21,964 bases of DNA from Azolla caroliniana (Eukaryota; Plantae; Polypodiophyta): positions 1-21,964 of the forward strand of contig JBHGNT010000514.1 of the NCBI GenBank assembly GCA_043228905.1, given 5' to 3'. A program made the position numbers and the translations under genes. Under the pieces are notes generated by a model, which saw only the letters and a program-made list of their open reading frames with translations, was not told the origin of the DNA and ran no database searches. Below are positions 20,238-21,964 of this stretch, one piece after another; the stretch's first letter is position 1, and each line of letters starts with the position of its first letter.

Positions 20238-21106
20238 TGCGATTGTCCTTATGATCCCGGTGCTTGTCTCCTAATGGATTGTATTGACATTGCTCCCTCC
20301 ACCTTTAATATATACACATGGCCATGCAATCAGAGCACATGCATGTCACTCACCACTCCCATTACCATAACGTGTGTGTCCTGCGTACAACTCTTGCCCA
20401 AGACCCATACCAACTAGTCCACCCTCCCACACGTCTAGGCTAGTCCTAGGTGTCGTATTGTCACCAGACAATCTGGGCGCAACCTGTAGCGGGTACTCCT
20501 CCTCCTCGCGCGAGAGCTTGTCGAGCAACATAACATTTATACATACATAGGTAAATGTGCGCACTCGCGCGTGCGCGTAGGGGTGTGCGGGCACGTGCAC
20601 ATTAAACTAGAACGCGCTAGTGCCGAGACACTAAGCACGCGGAGGCTACTGCGGGACGAGTGGTGGCTCCCGAGTGTGCTACATCGATGAACGTAGATAG
20701 ACCGGTGTCCGTACTCGCTCGTTCGGACGGACGAGGGGTTGGTAACGACGACGACAAGGAAAGCTAACCGGACTACCACACTAGGAGTGTCCTATCGGGC
20801 AAGTGTGGAAGCAAGTTCACATTCGCCGCGTGTACAAGTTGACCTTAGCCTTAGCCGTTGCCGTGGCGTGTGCGGTATGGGTGTCCTGCTTTGATGTTTT
20901 CTTTTCCGTTTGGGTGGTTTGCGGTCCCTATAGGCAAATTCTATGCGTTGGTGCTCGTGTTTACGTTCGTGTTGGAGGGACGTTGGTGCTCGTGTTTACG
21001 TTCGTGTGGGTGTAATGCGCGATTGGGGAGACGCACTTGTTCGTAAACACTTACGAGAAATTAGAGAGAGACCACGAGAATAATTTGAACAAGGTTTATG
21101 TACTAT

Positions 21107-21892
21107 TTAGAAGCGACGAATACAAGCACGAGGGCGAAGATCGCACTGTTGGAGTAGGCGGGAGGCGGCGACGCCTAGAGCTCTTTCCTCGTCATCGGCC
21201 TTGAATTGGCGACGTTGTTGACGTTCGTCCTCTTGTCGTCGAGACATGCGGTGGCGGCGTTCGTCACCCTCTCGTCGCTCACGGCTGCTATCTCTCTCGC
21301 GCTCCTCGTCCTCTTCCTCCCAGCTACGGTGTTCCCTTGATTGTTGGCCATGGCGTCGGCCTTCATCATTGCGTCGTTCCTCCTCGTCAGCATACAAGGC
21401 ATCACGTAGGCGATCGCATCGATCTTCGGCGGGGATTCGTTCGACGTTCCTGCAGCACCGTTCCGAGGGTCTTGAGTATCGAGTGTTTTCGATCCATGGG
21501 GAGCGACGTCCTTGTTCACCTTCCTCTCTTTCGGAGCGCTCTTGTAGCTCTCGGATCTGCTTGTCGATGAAATCACCGCACTCTCGCCTCAGTTCCTCGT
21601 CACGTGGCTCATCGCGACCACGGCTACGACGTTCCCTTTCCTCTTCGGAGTCTCTCTTGTTGTCTCTGTAGCGGCGCCCCTCCTCAAGGAACCCCTCACG
21701 ACGTCGCTCGCGCCTCTCGTCATCGCACTCCCCCTCTCGGCGTCGATCGCGCCTCTCCTCGTCAATGTCTCCCTCACGACGTCGATCGCGTCGCTCCTCT
21801 TCACGGTCCCGCCCTACAGACCTAGCATTGGCCGCGGTACACGCGGCGAGCATGATCACGGCCATGAGGAATACGGAAGTAAGCTTTGCCAT
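21107..21892 (-). CDS. Copy 14: 261-aa 2S albumin-like storage protein precursor
   Basis: Translation identical to copy 2; the window ends inside its TATA region. Confidence 0.87.
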   Translation of the reverse strand: MAKLTSVFLMAVIMLAACTAANARSVGRDREEERRDRRREGDIDEERRDRRREGECDDERRERRREGFLEEGRRYRDNKRDSEEERERRSRGRDEPRDEELRRECGDFIDKQIRELQERSEREEGEQGRRSPWIENTRYSRPSERCCRNVERIPAEDRCDRLRDALYADEEERRNDEGRRHGQQSREHRSWEEEDEERERDSSRERREGDERRHRMSRRQEDERQQRRQFKADDEERALGVAASRLLQQCDLRPRACIRRF

Positions 21893-21964
21893 TGCGATTG
21901 TCCTTATGATCCCGGTGCTTGTCTCCTAATGGATTGTATTGACATTGCTCCCTCCACCTTTAAT

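Larger units (their letters stand above)
1..21964. repeat. Head-to-tail tandem gene array, ~1655-bp unit (786-bp CDS + 869-bp spacer), ~13.3 units, open at both window ends
   Basis: Stop codons of the main ORF recur at 1313, 2968, 4608, 6227, 7867, 9522, 11177, 12832, 14487, 16142, 17797, 19452 and 21107. Periods are 1655, 1640, 1619, 1640, then 1655 eight times. Every minor ORF in the track repeats with the same spacing. Confidence 0.99.

Noticed and set aside
1-21964. Pure artefact: rolling-circle or concatemer read of one 1655-bp circle, plasmid or virus
   Set aside because: No Rep, capsid or vector sequence, and variants are shared between specific copies (3 and 5; 10 and 11) rather than random. 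Not fully excluded without read data.

Overview
The whole window is a eukaryotic, most likely land-plant, head-to-tail tandem array of a ~1655-bp unit (about 13.3 units; the array runs off both ends). Each unit carries one intronless minus-strand gene for a 261-aa secreted, extremely Arg/Glu/Asp-rich protein. The protein has a degenerate prolamin-superfamily (2S albumin-like) cysteine skeleton: 6 of the 8 canonical Cys plus one orphan Cys in an N-terminal 13-aa repeat. An 869-bp spacer holds a TATA box, RY/legumin-box elements and ACGT (ABRE/G-box) motifs, the usual signature of seed/spore storage-protein promoters. There are 14 gene copies: 1 truncated by the window edge, 10 full-length, 2 with the same in-frame 15-bp deletion, and 1 frameshifted pseudogene. 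Copies, spacers included, are almost identical; by eye I found only a few indels (copies 3-5) and three distinct SNPs (12897, 14297, 14863/16518). No transposon, RNA gene, CRISPR or prokaryotic feature is supported. The family assignment rests on motif recognition only, the organism is not identified, and by-eye comparison may have missed silent variants.
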